64,000 bases of DNA from Mobula hypostoma (Eukaryota), in contig NC_086097.1 in NCBI RefSeq assembly GCF_963921235.1, positions 67,768,001-67,832,000 of the forward strand. Direction: 5' to 3'. Shown piece after piece: positions 1-12,233 of the stretch (the first letter of the stretch is position 1; the number at the start of each line of letters is the position of its first letter). The notes under the pieces were generated by a model. It was not told where the DNA came from, made no database searches, and was given only the letters and a program-made list of their open reading frames with translations. Both the position numbers and the translations under genes were made by a program.

Positions 1-135
1 GTCTGACTGGTGTCTTATAAAGTCTCAGCATTATCTCCAATGGCAACACATTCTTTCTGAGATGAGGGGCCCAAAACTGTTCACAATACTCCATGTGCGG
101 CCTGACAGGTATCTTATAAAGGCTCAGCATTATGT
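1..135 (-). mobile_element. CR1 LINE ORF2 fragment
   Basis: Minus strand reads EYCEQFWAPHLRK, like the other CR1 copies. An internal ~30-nt duplication lies at about 4-33 and 103-133. Confidence 0.75.
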
Positions 136-304
136 AAACAACAGGAATTCTGCAGATGCTGGAAATTCAAGCAACACACATCAAAGTTGCTGGTGAACGC
201 AGCAGGCCAGGCAGCATCTCCAGGAAGTGGTACAGTCGACGTTTCAGGCCGAGACCCTTCGTCAGGACTAACTGAGGGAAGAGTTAGTAAGAGATTTGAA
301 AGCT
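136..304 (-). mobile_element. Penelope-like element 3' terminal repeat fragment
   Basis: Near-identical to 27167-27332. The inverted arm of that insertion starts with the GIY-YIG ORF C-terminus. Confidence 0.85.
234..269 (-). ncRNA. Minimal type I hammerhead ribozyme motif, core intact
   Basis: Minus strand: AGUC-CUGACGA-AGGgucucggCCU-GAAA-CG-UC-GACU. Stem I is AGUC/GACU, both core boxes are present, and the cleavage triplet is GUC. Confidence 0.8.
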
Positions 305-857
305 TTATTCAGGCGTCAGTGGTAAGATCAGCTACCTGCCTTTGAGAGGGTGGTGGTGAGCCACTAGAATCTTGTTGGACTAAGTGGTTCCATGATATTT
401 GAAGGAAAAATATGAAGTCACATCAAGACAGTATCTAACGAAGTGTAGTTGGAGGTGTTTGGTAAAACAGAGCTCACTAGACATTAAGAGATAAACACAC
501 TGTTGCACAAAGGAAGGTGGTTTTGTTGGTGAATAAATCCAACCCCAGGATTAGGCTCAACTGCCTTCCAACAAAATGTCAGAAGTGAGAATATTCATTG
601 ATGATTGCAGAAAATAATCTCCATTGAAAATTCATGCTGGCATCCAGCAAGAAAACGCTGATAAGTAGCAAATACCACCTCTGTCAACTACTTTTGTGAA
701 GTTCCTCATCAATAACACCATTAACCAGAAACTCATTAGGGCCAGCCACACACACAATGACAACAGGAGTACATCATATCCTCTGACTCACTTCCTGAAA
801 CCTCATAACCTCATATCAGCAGTATGATGGAATGCCCTCCTGTTGTTTGTGGAGTAA

Positions 858-1368
858 AGGCTGATTTATACTTCTGCGTCAAATGGACGCTGTAACCTAC
901 GTAAGTGGCCTACTCACAATGCTAAGTCGTGAGCATTTATACTTGTGCATTGGTGTGTCTGCTTCACTCTGCAATTCGCGCATGTCACGCATGCGCACAC
1001 ACCTGCCCGTGCAAGGCTTCATGGTCATGGTAGTCTTTCTCGGGGTAAACACGTTTAAAGCGAGCATTTTCTTTGTAAAAGTGATATGTGTCCTCCATAA
1101 TATTGGAGGTCTGTAAAGCTTTATGGAAAGCATTGCAGCCAGAGTTCCTTCCCTGCTCTTCAGTCGCCCAATGGGAAGCTACTGTAGCTAAGGAGGAAAT
1201 GCAATGCTACCAACCAGACCAATCACAGTTGTTGTGGTGTGCATTGCTGCGACACGTAGTTACATTTTGGGAGAGGTGCATGTCAGGCTACGGCGTAGAC
1301 ATCCACGTAGGGTTCGCGACGACGCCGTACTTACGGCGCCCATTTGATGCAGAAGTATAAATCAGCCT
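858..1368 (+). mobile_element. Non-autonomous PIF/Harbinger DNA transposon (internal deletion derivative)
   Basis: TIRs of ~30-38 bp (AGGCTGATTTATACTTCTGCGTCAAATGG … CCATTTGATGCAGAAGTATAAATCAGCCT). TAA target duplication at 855-857 and 1369-1371. Internal remnant [30 protein letters not shown] resembles Harbinger transposase. Confidence 0.85.
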
Positions 1369-1501
1369 TAAGGCTCCAACACAACTTTCAAAATGCTAAC
1401 CAGAAAAGGTAGTTGCTTGATTGCTACCCAGTTGACTACCCCAAAACATTTCTTGTCTCTACCACCATTGCTTCTTGGTTGCAATGGAGGTATGCACTGT
1501 A

Positions 1502-1636
1502 TGTCCTGCTGAAGGGTTTTGTCCCGAAACATCGACTGTACTTTTTTCCATAGATGCTGCCTGGCCTGCTGAGTTCCTCCAGCATTTTGTGTGTGTTGCT
1601 CGGATTTCCAGCATCTGTAGACTTTCTCGTTTGTGA
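1502..1636 (+). mobile_element. Short Penelope-like terminal fragment with a degenerate hammerhead (1503-1537)
   Basis: GTC-CTGCTGA-AGGGttttgtCCC-GAAAC-ATC-GACT followed by the shared gatgctgcctggcctgctgagttcctccagca…atttccagcatctg tail. Possible ATGCACTGTA duplication at 1492-1501 and 1641-1650. Confidence 0.8.
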
Positions 1637-2679
1637 TACAATGCACTGTAGTCATTTGCCTTAGCATTAAGGTGGTCAAGGACATTAGGAACATGGGAAC
1701 TTTATCACATGAAGGAAATCACACACCTTTCTGATGAGGAAATATATTGTCACTCTTTCATTGTTGCTGGGTCTAAATCCTAGAAATTCCTACTCAAAAC
1801 ATCAGGAGGACTGCAGTAGTTCAGCACAGTGGCTCATCAGCATTTTCTCAAAGGCATTTAGAGATTGACAATAGTAACTGACCTTGCCAGTGACACTTGC
1901 ATCCAGAAAAATGATTTTTCTTAAATGACTCGAAAGTTGTGTAATCCTTTTGAAGAGTCATTCTCTTTCAAAAGTGCCAAAAGTAGTGAATGGTTAACAT
2001 GTTGAATAATGGTGCATTCTGTAGCAGTTCACTTGAGGCAGTCTTGAAAGATCTGAGAAGTTGTATAATAATGAAAAATGTTCAATACTTGTGGGGCATT
2101 GCTTGTGCACATATCCCTACAACCACACATTCATCATTTTACATGTATTGTCACTGAAAGTTTAATTGCATAAACACTCTGTAACTGTCCTGTCATATTT
2201 CTTGTCAGTGCAGATTCTCTCTCCGGGCTTACTATCTCAGAAACCATAATTGAATTGCTATTGAATCACACAGAGCTGAAAAATAAAATCTTTATGAATA
2301 GAATTTATTTCCTATCAGAAGATTTGACAAATTATTGCACAAGAACCTTGGTGATAATTTCTGAGTTTATTCTAGACTGAATCATTTCCTATTTAAAGTT
2401 ATCTCCTCACCAGAATTATGAGAATCCAGAAAGATTTTGAATGTGCTAAAATTCCAGGGCTCTAGCAAATGAGTCCTCGAGGGGCACTGACAATATTAAA
2501 TTGCTCACTACCTCGTGCAGCTTTGGTTCTTAAATAATCAACAGAACACAGCAGCAATTCAATTAATTTGTCATTAAAATTTGAATGACTCAACACGTTA
2601 TTAGATTGGGAAAACAGAACATCAAACAACTGAGCAATTATTTACCTGTGCTGTCTGAAATGTGTCAATTTCTTTTTAG

Positions 2680-3300
2680 GTATTCGTTTTCTAGGATCTG
2701 GGCATTGCTGGCAAGGCCCAACATTTATTACCCATCTTCTAATTGCCCTTCAGAAGGTGGTAATGACTGCCTTTTTCAAAAAGCTACTGCAGCATCCTCA
2801 TACCGCTTAATGCTGTCGGGGTAGAATTTCCAGAATTTAAACTCAGTGATGACAAAGGACCAGGAATATATCTTGAAAGCAGAAAGATGCACATCTCAGA
2901 GGAAACTTCCTTGCTACGCTGTCACGGAATACCCCATAGAATTGCCGCCAGAGACCCAAGTTTATCTAATGTCTGGGTACTCCAGTTTCCTTTCACGTGC
3001 CCAAGAGATGTGACTCTTTGATAGATCCTTGATTGGTCAGGGCATGAAGTGACATGGAGAGAAGGCAGGAGACTGGGACTGAGAAGTAACTTGGATCAGC
3101 CATGATGAAATAGTACAGCAAACTCGATGGACATAATGGCCTAATTCTGCTCCTATGTCTTATGGTGGTGGTGTTCCTGTGCAGCCCTTGCTCTTATCGT
3201 TGTTCACCTAGACCGTGTGCGTGGAAATGTTATCAAAGCAACCCAGGCAAGCAATTGTCATGCATTTTGTGTGAAACAGATTGCAGCCACTGTGTATTGG
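2680..3300 (-). mobile_element. Ancient LINE 3' end with a nested SINE fragment and a plus-strand CR1 3' tail (~3020-3165)
   Basis: ggcattgctggcaaggcccaacatttattacccatc is the reverse complement of the old LINE 3' end. The CR1 tail reads …ggcctaattctgctcctatgtcttatgg. Confidence 0.5.
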
Positions 3301-4789
3301 TGAGAAAGTACAATAAAACTATGCTAAATTATTTTTAATTATGCAGACATGACAAGCATAACTGATGCATTGTTGAAATCATTGTCTAAAAGGTTTGCTT
3401 TTATAAGCAAACAAGCTGAAATCAGCTGCATTTACATTCTCTTTACATTTTCAGTATTAGTATAGTATAATCTAAAATGCACCATACTAACAAAACCCTT
3501 AGCACTAGGTAAGCCTTGTGTATTACTGGTAAATGCCTTCCGTTCATAAACAAGACTATGACTGTCAAAAATAAACATTAGTTAACTATTTGAATTAATT
3601 AACAATAGTTAAAACATTAACTGTTTTTACTTACATAAATTGACCTCTGAAAGTTTTAAAATTATATCATTGATTTGCACTTTATGAAGTTCTGGCTAAA
3701 CCTAGATCTGATCTGACCATCATAAATTTGTCATCTGTTTCATAGATGGGGCTTGTTGAGCCTCATCTGGATATGCCCCCATATACCACTGATATGAGAC
3801 TGGAGTAACACCAGTAAACCCAACTCAAGCAAATGAGCAAATATTTAGCATGTATAGCCTTCCATCCCAAATAATTCTCCAGTCAAGCAGCTTTTACAAA
3901 AATTACAAAATCTTCCATCATTTGAAATATAAAGATTCATGAAATTGATAGACCTTGAAGCAATGGGTCTGGCTTGTTTTATATAATACACACCTACACA
4001 AAGCTATGCACAAGAATGGATAAAAAAAGAGATTTAACAAAATTTCAGGCCTGTCTAGTTCAGAAATTTATCTAACTGCTTCCATTCAATAATTAGAAGA
4101 GATTCCCATCAGCCTTAAACCAAAGGTAAAAACACGTCCAGAGCAGCCAGTAAAAGATACCATAAAATGAAGTATATTATTGAAAGGAGTGATCAGTCAT
4201 CTTTTATGTACAGAAATGGGCATTCTAGTCTGTTAGGTTTTGTAACTCCAGAAACTATTTGAAAGAAAAACACGGGAGTCGGAGAGTCTTGCGTACTTAA
4301 TTTCTACTTTCCTTCTTTAGTGAGGCTTGCACATTCACTGTGGAGAATTTCTTACACTTGTGGGATAACCTCTTTCCTGACTGGGGTGGGGTTCAGTCTG
4401 CTTCGCAGGTGAGACTTGCGGCTGTGAAACAATTTCAGACTCTGGGGTCTGTTCTGTGGGGGTTGTAGGAGTCCAGAGGAGTGATTCTGATGCTCTGGAC
4501 ACATTTCTTTTCCAGCAATTGGTCCTCCTTAGCTGTTCAATGTGTCATCTCTAGATGCCATCAGATGCAATCTCCACTGTTTAGGAAAGTGATCCAGTTC
4601 TGTTCTTAACCCTTCCGGTTGCCACACCTACTGGACGTATTGGCAGCCCAACCAGTGCATGGCAAGCTGCTCAATCTGCTGATCTATCCCAGGCCACCAG
4701 ACAAGGCTTTGTGCCAACACCTTCATTTTGATCACAACTAGATGACCAGCATTTAGCTTTAGAACACTTTAGCTCTTAGCTTCAATTGT

Positions 4790-5040
4790 AACATAAAAGA
4801 AACATAGAAAGCCTACAGCACAATACAGGCCCTTCGGCCCACAAAGCTGTGCCAAACATGTCCTTACTATAGAAATTACCCAGGGTTACCCATAGCCCTC
4901 TATTTTTCTGAGCTCCATGTACTATCCAGGAGTCTCTTAAAAGACCCTGTCGCATCTGCCTCCACCACTGCTGTCAGCAGCCACGCACTCACTACTCTCT
5001 GCGTAAAAAAACTTACCCCTGACATCTCCTTTGTACCTAC
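4790..5040 (-). mobile_element. CR1-type 3' tail inserted in the Gypsy element
   Basis: aacatagaaa tail, caggcccttcggcccac hairpin region, and RT C-terminal FFYAESSECV remnant. Confidence 0.7.
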
Positions 5041-5761
5041 TACATCTCCTCTTGCAACAGGAAGAATACCTCAAGAAGATTGTCCTATTTTGTAAATTTT
5101 TCAAGTATTTCCTTTTCCAAGGGTAAACAGGACAATCCATCAGCATTTCCATGATTAATTGTCCTCTTTAATGCAAACTTGCAATTGTGTACTCCAATAA
5201 ATAGAACCCATCTCTGTATTCAGCCTGTTAGTGGAACATCCTTCTGTGGATTGAAAATGGACATCAGTAGTTGATGATCAGTAATGAGCGTAAACTCTTT
5301 CCTAGACGAGTACCGGATGAAACACTTTACATCCCAAACCAGACTCAAGGCCTCTCTGTCAATCTGTATAATTTTTCTTTGCAGTGGTAAGGGAACGTGA
5401 TGCTAAGGCTATGGGGCGTTCACTTCCATCACTCATAATATTTGACACAACTGCACCTACACCATAAGGTGAGACGACACAGGCAAGCTTCACTGGATGG
5501 CGTGGATCATAGTGCACAATGTCTGACATCACCATATCCTTTGTCTTATGGAAAGCCACCCCATACCGCTTTGTCCATTGCTATTTCTTTCTGACCTGTA
5601 GTAATGAGTCCAAGGGGTGGAACACAGTGGCCAGGTTTGCCAGGAACCTGTTACAGTAATTGACAAATCCTAAAACGGACTGTAACTGTGACACATCTTT
5701 GGCCTTGGGGCATCCACTACTGTTTGAATTTTCTCAACACACTTGTGAAATACTTGTGTGT

Positions 5762-5849
5762 CAGCACAATACAGGTTCTTCGGCCCACAAAGCTGTGCCG
5801 AACATGTACTTAACTTTAGAAATTACCTAGGGTTACCCATAGCCCTCTA
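5762..5849 (-). mobile_element. Second CR1-type 3' tail fragment in the Gypsy element
   Basis: Close match to 4817-4902 (cagcacaatacagg…cccatagccctcta). Confidence 0.7.
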
Positions 5850-7689
5850 GTCATTTTTGAATGCTTTCTTGTAAGATTTCGCAATCTAAATGATCTCTCA
5901 GTGCATCATTAGGCCCATCACTGAACTGACAATGCTCAGTTATTTTTTTCGATTCAGCCACATAAGCTGAAATGGACTCTCTTTCTTTTTGATTTTGGTT
6001 ATGAAACCTAAACCATTCTCCAATCAACAATGGTTTTGGTTCTAAATGTTCCTGTATTACTTGCACAATATCAGCTAGGCTCTCTTCAGTGGGTTTGGTT
6101 GAAATAGTCAAACCTCAAAGCAAGTTGTATGCTTTTCCACCTATTGCACTCAGAAACACTGGCACTCACTTTTCATTGGCTATTTCGTTTGTTTTAAAGT
6201 ACTGCTTAATTCATTTAGTATACAACATCCAGTTATCTGTTGTGCAATCGAATATGTCTATCTTTCTGATGCAGCCAGCTATTTCTGTTTTTTTAAAAAT
6301 TTGTTATTATTATCACCTAGTACTCACTGTTTAAGAAACCACGGCTGTATTTATTGCTTGTTAATTTCACCCATTTTCTGCCTTTTGAAAAAAACTTAAA
6401 TGTCTCTCTCCCATTCCAAAGAAAAATGTGCTGCACTTCAACAGGTAGGTAGTCATCTTGGGTTCATTTTAAAACTTCCTTGTCACCGCTTGTTATGTTA
6501 AGCAATTCCAGAAACTAATCGAAAGAAAAAACATGGGAGCCAGGGATACTTAAGTTTTTGGTTTTCTTTTCTTTAGTGAGACACACACATATGATGTGTT
6601 GGTGTAACAATGTATAACCCATTATACATTATGTAAACAAATAATACTTAATTAAACAATATATTTACAATATTAAATGTACTACACCATGTCCAGGCTA
6701 AACTTTTACTCAACTACATGTCCCATTTGCCCACATTAGATCTGTATCCCTCTATCCCTTCCCTACATGAGTGCCTATCCAGATGTTTCTTAAATAAAAT
6801 GATTGCATCTAACTCCATATTAGCCTCTCTCACACTTTCTCCTAACTCTCCTTTAAAACGTCTTCATTTCACCTTAATCCCTTGACCTCTTATTTTTCAT
6901 ATGCCTAAATAGGAGAAAGATTCTGCCAACAACCTTTACAATGCTTCTGATAATTTTATAACTTCTTTGAGGTCACCCCTCAGCTTCCTTCACTCCAGGG
7001 AAAAGTGCTGAGCACATGAAATTTCTCCCTATAACTAAAATATCAATGAAAGCAACATCCATCACCACCTTCTACGTCTGATCATTAAAATAATTTTGGA
7101 TCTAATTAACCAGCCAGTCTTGTACCTAATGTGATACCTTCTGGATAATCTACCGTGCGGAACTGTCAAATGCTGAAGTGCATGTAGACAATGCCTTCTG
7201 CCCTATCTTCATCAATTTACTTAGATATCTCCTCAAATCAGTTGGCACAACATTGTGGCTAATGCTTCTAAAAACTTAATCAAATTAGTGATCAGGATTT
7301 CTCCTTCAGAAAGCCACGCTGACTATTCTTGATCAGTCACTGGCTTTCCAAGTATTCAGAAATCTGAACCGTTAGCATCTTCTTCTGTAATCACTGACAA
7401 GAGGGTCATTGGCCTGTAGATAACTTGTTCATATTTGCTGCTCCTATCTAATAAAGGAGCCAAATTAGCTATCATCAGCTGTCAAGTATTTTACCTATGG
7501 TAAGCAAGACACTGAATTTCTGTCAGGGCCCCAGCTATCTCCTCCCTTGTTTCCTACAGCATCCGGGGATGTATGTATCTCATTCAGCCCTGGGGATTTA
7601 TTAATCTTATGCATTCTAAAACCTCATCTTTCTTAGTGCTGGCATGCTCCCTGAATTTACTACCTTCCATGTTCTTCTCCTTGGTGATT

Positions 7690-8908
7690 ACATAGAAACA
7701 TAGAAAATAGGTGCAGGAGTAGGCCATTCGGCCCTTCGAGCCTGCACCGCCATTTATTATGATCATGGCTGATCATCCAACTCAGAACCCAGCCTTCCCT
7801 CCATACCCCCTGACCCCTGTAGCCACAAGGGCCATATCTAACTTCCTTTTAAACATAGCTAATGAACTGGCCTCAACAGTTTGCTGTGGCAGAGAATTCC
7901 ACAGATTCACCACTCTCTGTGTGAAGAAGTTTTTCCTAACCTCGGTCCTAAAAGGCTTCCCCTCTATCCTCAAACTGTGACCCCTCGTTCTAGACCTCCC
8001 CAACATCGGGAACAATCTTCCCGCATCTAGCCTGTCCAATCCCTTTAGGATCTTATACGTTTCAATCAGATCCCCCCTCAATCTTCTAAATTCCAACGAG
8101 TACAAGCCCAGTTCATCCAGTCTTTCTTCATATGAAAGACCTGCCATCCCAGGAATCAATCTGGTGAACCTTCTTTGTACTCCCTCTATGGCAAAGATGT
8201 CTTTCCTCAGATTAGGGGACCAAAACTGCACACAATACTCCAGGTGTGGTCTCACCAAGGCCTTGTACAACTGCAGTAGTACCTCCCTGCTCCTGTACTC
8301 GAATCCTCTCGCTATAAATGCCAGCATACCGTTCGCCTTTTTCACCGCCTGCTGTACCTGCATGCCCACTTTCAATGACTGGTGTATAATGACACCCAGG
8401 TCTCGTTGCACCTCCCCTTTTCCTAATCGGCCACCATTCAGATAATAATCTGTTTTCCTATTTTTGCCACCAAAGTGGATAACTTCACATTTATCCACAT
8501 TAAATTGCATCTGCCATGAGTTTGCCCACTCACCCAACCTATCCAAGTCACCCTGCATCCTCTTAGCATCCTCCTCACTGCTAACACTGCCACCCAGCTT
8601 CGTGTCATCCGCAAACTTGGAGATGCTGCATTTAATTCCCTCATCCAAGTCATTAATATATATTGTAAACAACTGGGGTCCCAGCACTGAGCCTTGCGGT
8701 ACCCCACTAGTCACCGCCTGCCATTCTGAAAAGGTCCCGTTTATTCCCACTCTTTGCTTCCTGTCTGCTAACCAATTCTCCACCCACACCAATACCTTAC
8801 CCCCAATACCGTGTGCTTTAAGTTTGCACACTAATCTCCTATGTGGGACCTTGTCAAAAGCCTTTTGAAAATCCAAATATACCACATCCACTGGTTCTCC
8901 CCTATCCA
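7690..8908 (-). mobile_element. Young 5'-truncated CR1 LINE with an open RT C-terminal ORF
   Basis: 375-aa ORF 7782-8909 with YLDFQKAFDKVPH, GVPQGSVLGP and KFADDTKL. 3' stem-loop (ggtgcagg…cctgcacc) and (CATAGAAA)n tail. Confidence 0.95.
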
Positions 8909-9289
8909 AATGCTACATATTTATTTTGAGGTTTATCTACATCCTCTGGCTTCACACATAGAATACCCCTTATGATTCTTAAAGGGACACACTCTTTCCT
9001 TGGCTACACCATTGCTTCTGATTTATGTATATTATGTCTTGGGATTCTCATGTCTTGGGACCCTTTCTGACTTCCTAATTTCTTTATTTAGTCTTGCCAA
9101 CACTCTTCATATAAGAATACAGAATAGTGCAACACTGGAACAGTCCCTTCGCCCATGATGTTGTGCCAAACTAATTAAACTAAAAATTAAATGCCGAACT
9201 TCATTAATCTCTTCTGCATACCCAATGTCCACATCCCTCTATTTCTCTGCATATTCATGTGCCTATCTAAAAGCCCCTTAAGTGCCAAG

Positions 9290-9815
9290 GTGATTATGGA
9301 AAAGGATAAAATTGTTTCCTCAAGTTAAGGCCCTAATATGGAGTAAGGCTGATTTCAGGAGTGCATCAACAACCTGGTGAAAGTAGATGAGGGCAGCTGC
9401 TTGCAGGACAAGATATCAGAAGAGTTAGTAGCAGTTCAGGGTCAGCATTTAGCAGATATAGGCAACTTGGAATCAAATGAGTTTATGAAGCCTAATATTT
9501 CTTCATAAGCTCATTTGATGCCAAGTTGCCTATATCTGCTATATACTTCCTTTTTTTCAAATTATATATTGAATATCCATTATCTTCTAAGGTTCCCTAA
9601 CATTGCCACATATGCCTTTTACTCTTATTGGAACATGCTGACCCTGAAATGCTACTAACTCTTTTCAAAGACTCCTGGATCTCAGATGTCATTTGTCCTG
9701 CAAGCACCTGCTCTCACTTACTTTCACCAAGTTGTCCCATGCACTTCCAAAATCAGCCTTACTCCAAGTTAGGGCCTTAACTTGAGGAAAAACTTTTACC
9801 CTTTTCCATAATTAG
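9290..9815. repeat. Local inverted duplication (outer arms ~9290-9448 and 9635-9815; inner 41-bp stem 9450-9490 and 9501-9541)
   Basis: Reverse-complement matches are visible directly. The inner arms match at 39 of 41 positions around a 10-nt loop. Confidence 0.9.
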
Positions 9816-10427
9816 CTTGACACTTACAGAATCATGGATCCAAAATGTTACTCCACTAACACTTTTATTATTGACAAGTTTCATTTCCAAAGTGAATGTC
9901 AAATACTGCCAAGTCTCTAGTGGGCCATCTGTATATTGTCTCAAAACTCTGTCTCTAATGTAATGAACTCCAGAGACAGAGTACAATGCACTAACACTAT
10001 TATATAGTGCATTTACCTACTGACTTGGGAGGAGAACCCAGGCTGGCATATGAAGTGCTGCAACTCATTATTTCTATATAGTTGTAGTTGGGTTGTTTTT
10101 CTACAAGCATCGTAAATCTTTATAAAAACACATTATTAGATTAAGTTACAATACTTAGATAATTGTAATTCACTAATCTATCTGAAGACATTAATAAACA
10201 ACAAAATTAAATGGTGAATGTTGAGAATCTATTAGTCTTTCAATATAATAAAAAGAAGCATTTAAGTTGGTAAGACTATTTTAATATTCTTTGTGTGTAT
10301 TGACAGAATAGTCTTTAATCGTTGAACAGCATCTAGGGCTTTAACAAACTGAGCATGTGGATTGCGAAATGATTATAATATGAGTTTATCAAATAATACT
10401 GTGTTATATGTTCTGGACAAAACAAAA

Positions 10428-10620
10428 GGATGGCAAGGTAGCATTGCGGTGTTTAACGCTATTGCAGTGCCAGGTTCAACTCTACCGCTGTCTGGAAGGA
10501 GTTTAAGGTTCTTCCTGTGACTGCGTGGATTTTTTCTGGGTACCTGGATTTCCTCCCACAGTTCGAAGATATATGCATTAGTTGGTTAAATTGTCATATG
10601 AGTGTAATTGGGCGGTGCAG
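10428..10620 (+). mobile_element. V-SINE-type SINE (HE1-like), degenerate
   Basis: tRNA-like head (ggttcaactc) plus central V-domain-like gcgtggattttttctgggtacctggatttcctcccaca. Confidence 0.65.
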
Positions 10621-10659
10621 AAGAACCTGTATCTATAAATAAAATAAAAATAATTATGT

Positions 10660-12233
10660 TTATTCTTGATGGCTCGTAAATTATTTTTGACACGGATGAA
10701 CAGAAAAAGATTCGTGTCAAAGTGAAAACAGATCTCTACAAAGTGAACTAAATAAATTACAAATATAAAACACAAAATAATTGATTGCTTAAGTATACAC
10801 CCCTTTATATTGCATACCAAATCGTCACTGGTGCAGCCAATTGGATTTAGAAGCCACATAATTAGATAAATTGAGATCTATTTCCAGAGACTTATGTGTA
10901 CTTAAGATGTTTCAATTGATTTTAGTCAAAATACAGCTATATCTGGAATGTCCAATTGCTCGTGTGTCAGTATCCTGGCAAAAACTACACCATGAAGACA
11001 AAACAACACTCCAAGTAAATCTGCAAAAAGGTTATCGAAAGGCACAAGAATATAATAAAATTTTCATGTCACGGAATAGATCTTGAGGTACAGTTAAGTC
11101 AAGCATCAGGTAAAGGAAAGCATGTGGCACAGCTATAAATCTGCCTAAAGCAGGTCATCCTGAAAAACTGAGTGACTATGCAAAAAGGGAACTAGTGATG
11201 CAGGTCACGAAGAGACCTCTGACATCTCTGGAGGAGTTACCAGCTTCAGTGGCTGAGTTTGGAGAGACTGCACATACAACAACTGTTGCCTGGGTGCTTC
11301 ACCAGTTTCAGCTTTAGAAGAGAGTGGCAAAAAGAAAGCCACTGTTGGAAAAAAAACTCACATGAAATCTCGGCTGGAGTTTGCCAGAAGGCATGTGGGA
11401 GATTCTGAATTCAGCTGGAAGAAGATTCTATGATCTGATAAATCCAAAATTGAGATTTCTGGCCATCAATCAAAACATTATGTTTGGTGAATGCCAAACA
11501 TTGCACGTCATCAAAAAAAAAACGCCATCCCTACCATAAAGCATGGTGGTGGCTGCATCATGCTATGGAGATGCTTCATTGCAGCAGGCTCTGGAAGGCT
11601 TGTGAAGGTACAGGGTAAAATAAATGCTGCAAAATACAGGGAAAACCTGGAGGAAAGCCTGACGCATTCTGCAAGAGAACTGCGACTTGGGAGAAGATTT
11701 GTTTTCCAGCAAGACAATGGCCTCAAGCAGAAAGCCAAAGCTATACAGGAATGGCTTAAAAACAACAAAGTTAATGTTCTGAAGTGGCCAAGACAGAGTC
11801 CAGACCTCAATCCAATTTAGAAATTGTGGGTGGACTTAAAGGGCTGTTCACGCACGATCCCCATGCAATCTGACAGAGCTTGAGCAGTTTGATGAAGAAG
11901 AATGGGGAAAAATTGCAGAGTCCTGATGTGCATAGCTCATAGAGACCTATCCACACAGACTCAAGGCTGTAATTGTTGCCAAAGGTACATCTGTTAAAGC
12001 CATCTCTACATCTGACTTGAAGGGGATGAATCTTTATGCAATCCATTATTTTGTGTTTTATATCTGTAATGGTTTAGATCACTTTTTAGAGATCTGTTTT
12101 CACTTTGACATGAATGAGTCATTTTTCTGTTGATTAGTGTCAAAAAAGCCACATTAAATCCACTGTGATTCAATGTTGTGAAACAATAAAACATGAAAAT
12201 TTCCAAGGGGTTCAATATTTTCTACAGGCACTG
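10660..12233 (+). mobile_element. Tc1-family DNA transposon (IR/DR type) with pseudogenised transposase; left TIR eroded
   Basis: Transposase remnants KHGGGCIMLW, FVFQQDN and WPRQSPDLNPI (DD34E family) with stop codons. The right TIR of ~220 bp ends …aggcactg followed by TA. Confidence 0.9.

Larger units (their letters stand above)
620..1905 (+). mobile_element. Ancient degenerate non-LTR retrotransposon 3' part (family unassigned), interrupted by a Harbinger element and a Penelope fragment
   Basis: Decayed RT C-terminal and 3'UTR-like sequence. Its 3' end (…gaccttgccagtgacacttgcatcc) resembles inverted copies near 2690 and 52310. Confidence 0.5.
4231..6686 (-). mobile_element. Degenerate Ty3/Gypsy LTR retrotransposon (gag, partial RT/RNase H, integrase fragments)
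   Basis: Two related LTR copies start TGTTA at 4231 (truncated) and at 6491-6686 (ends …ACTACA). A PBS-like gcggtgacaagga lies next to the 5' LTR on the minus strand. Gag-like ORF 5851-6111, RNase H-like ORF 5359-5559 (ACVVSPYGVGAVVS…ERPIALASRSL), and integrase-like VWWPGIDQQIE near 4680-4710. Confidence 0.85.
6690..9990 (-). mobile_element. Old, heavily decayed CR1 LINE hosting younger insertions
   Basis: Degenerate CR1 ORF2 motifs on both sides of the young CR1 at 7690-8908. A separate CR1 tail sits at about 9112-9285. Confidence 0.6.

Noticed and set aside
10428..10500. tRNA gene
   Set aside because: It is only the degenerate tRNA-derived head of a SINE and does not form a cloverleaf.
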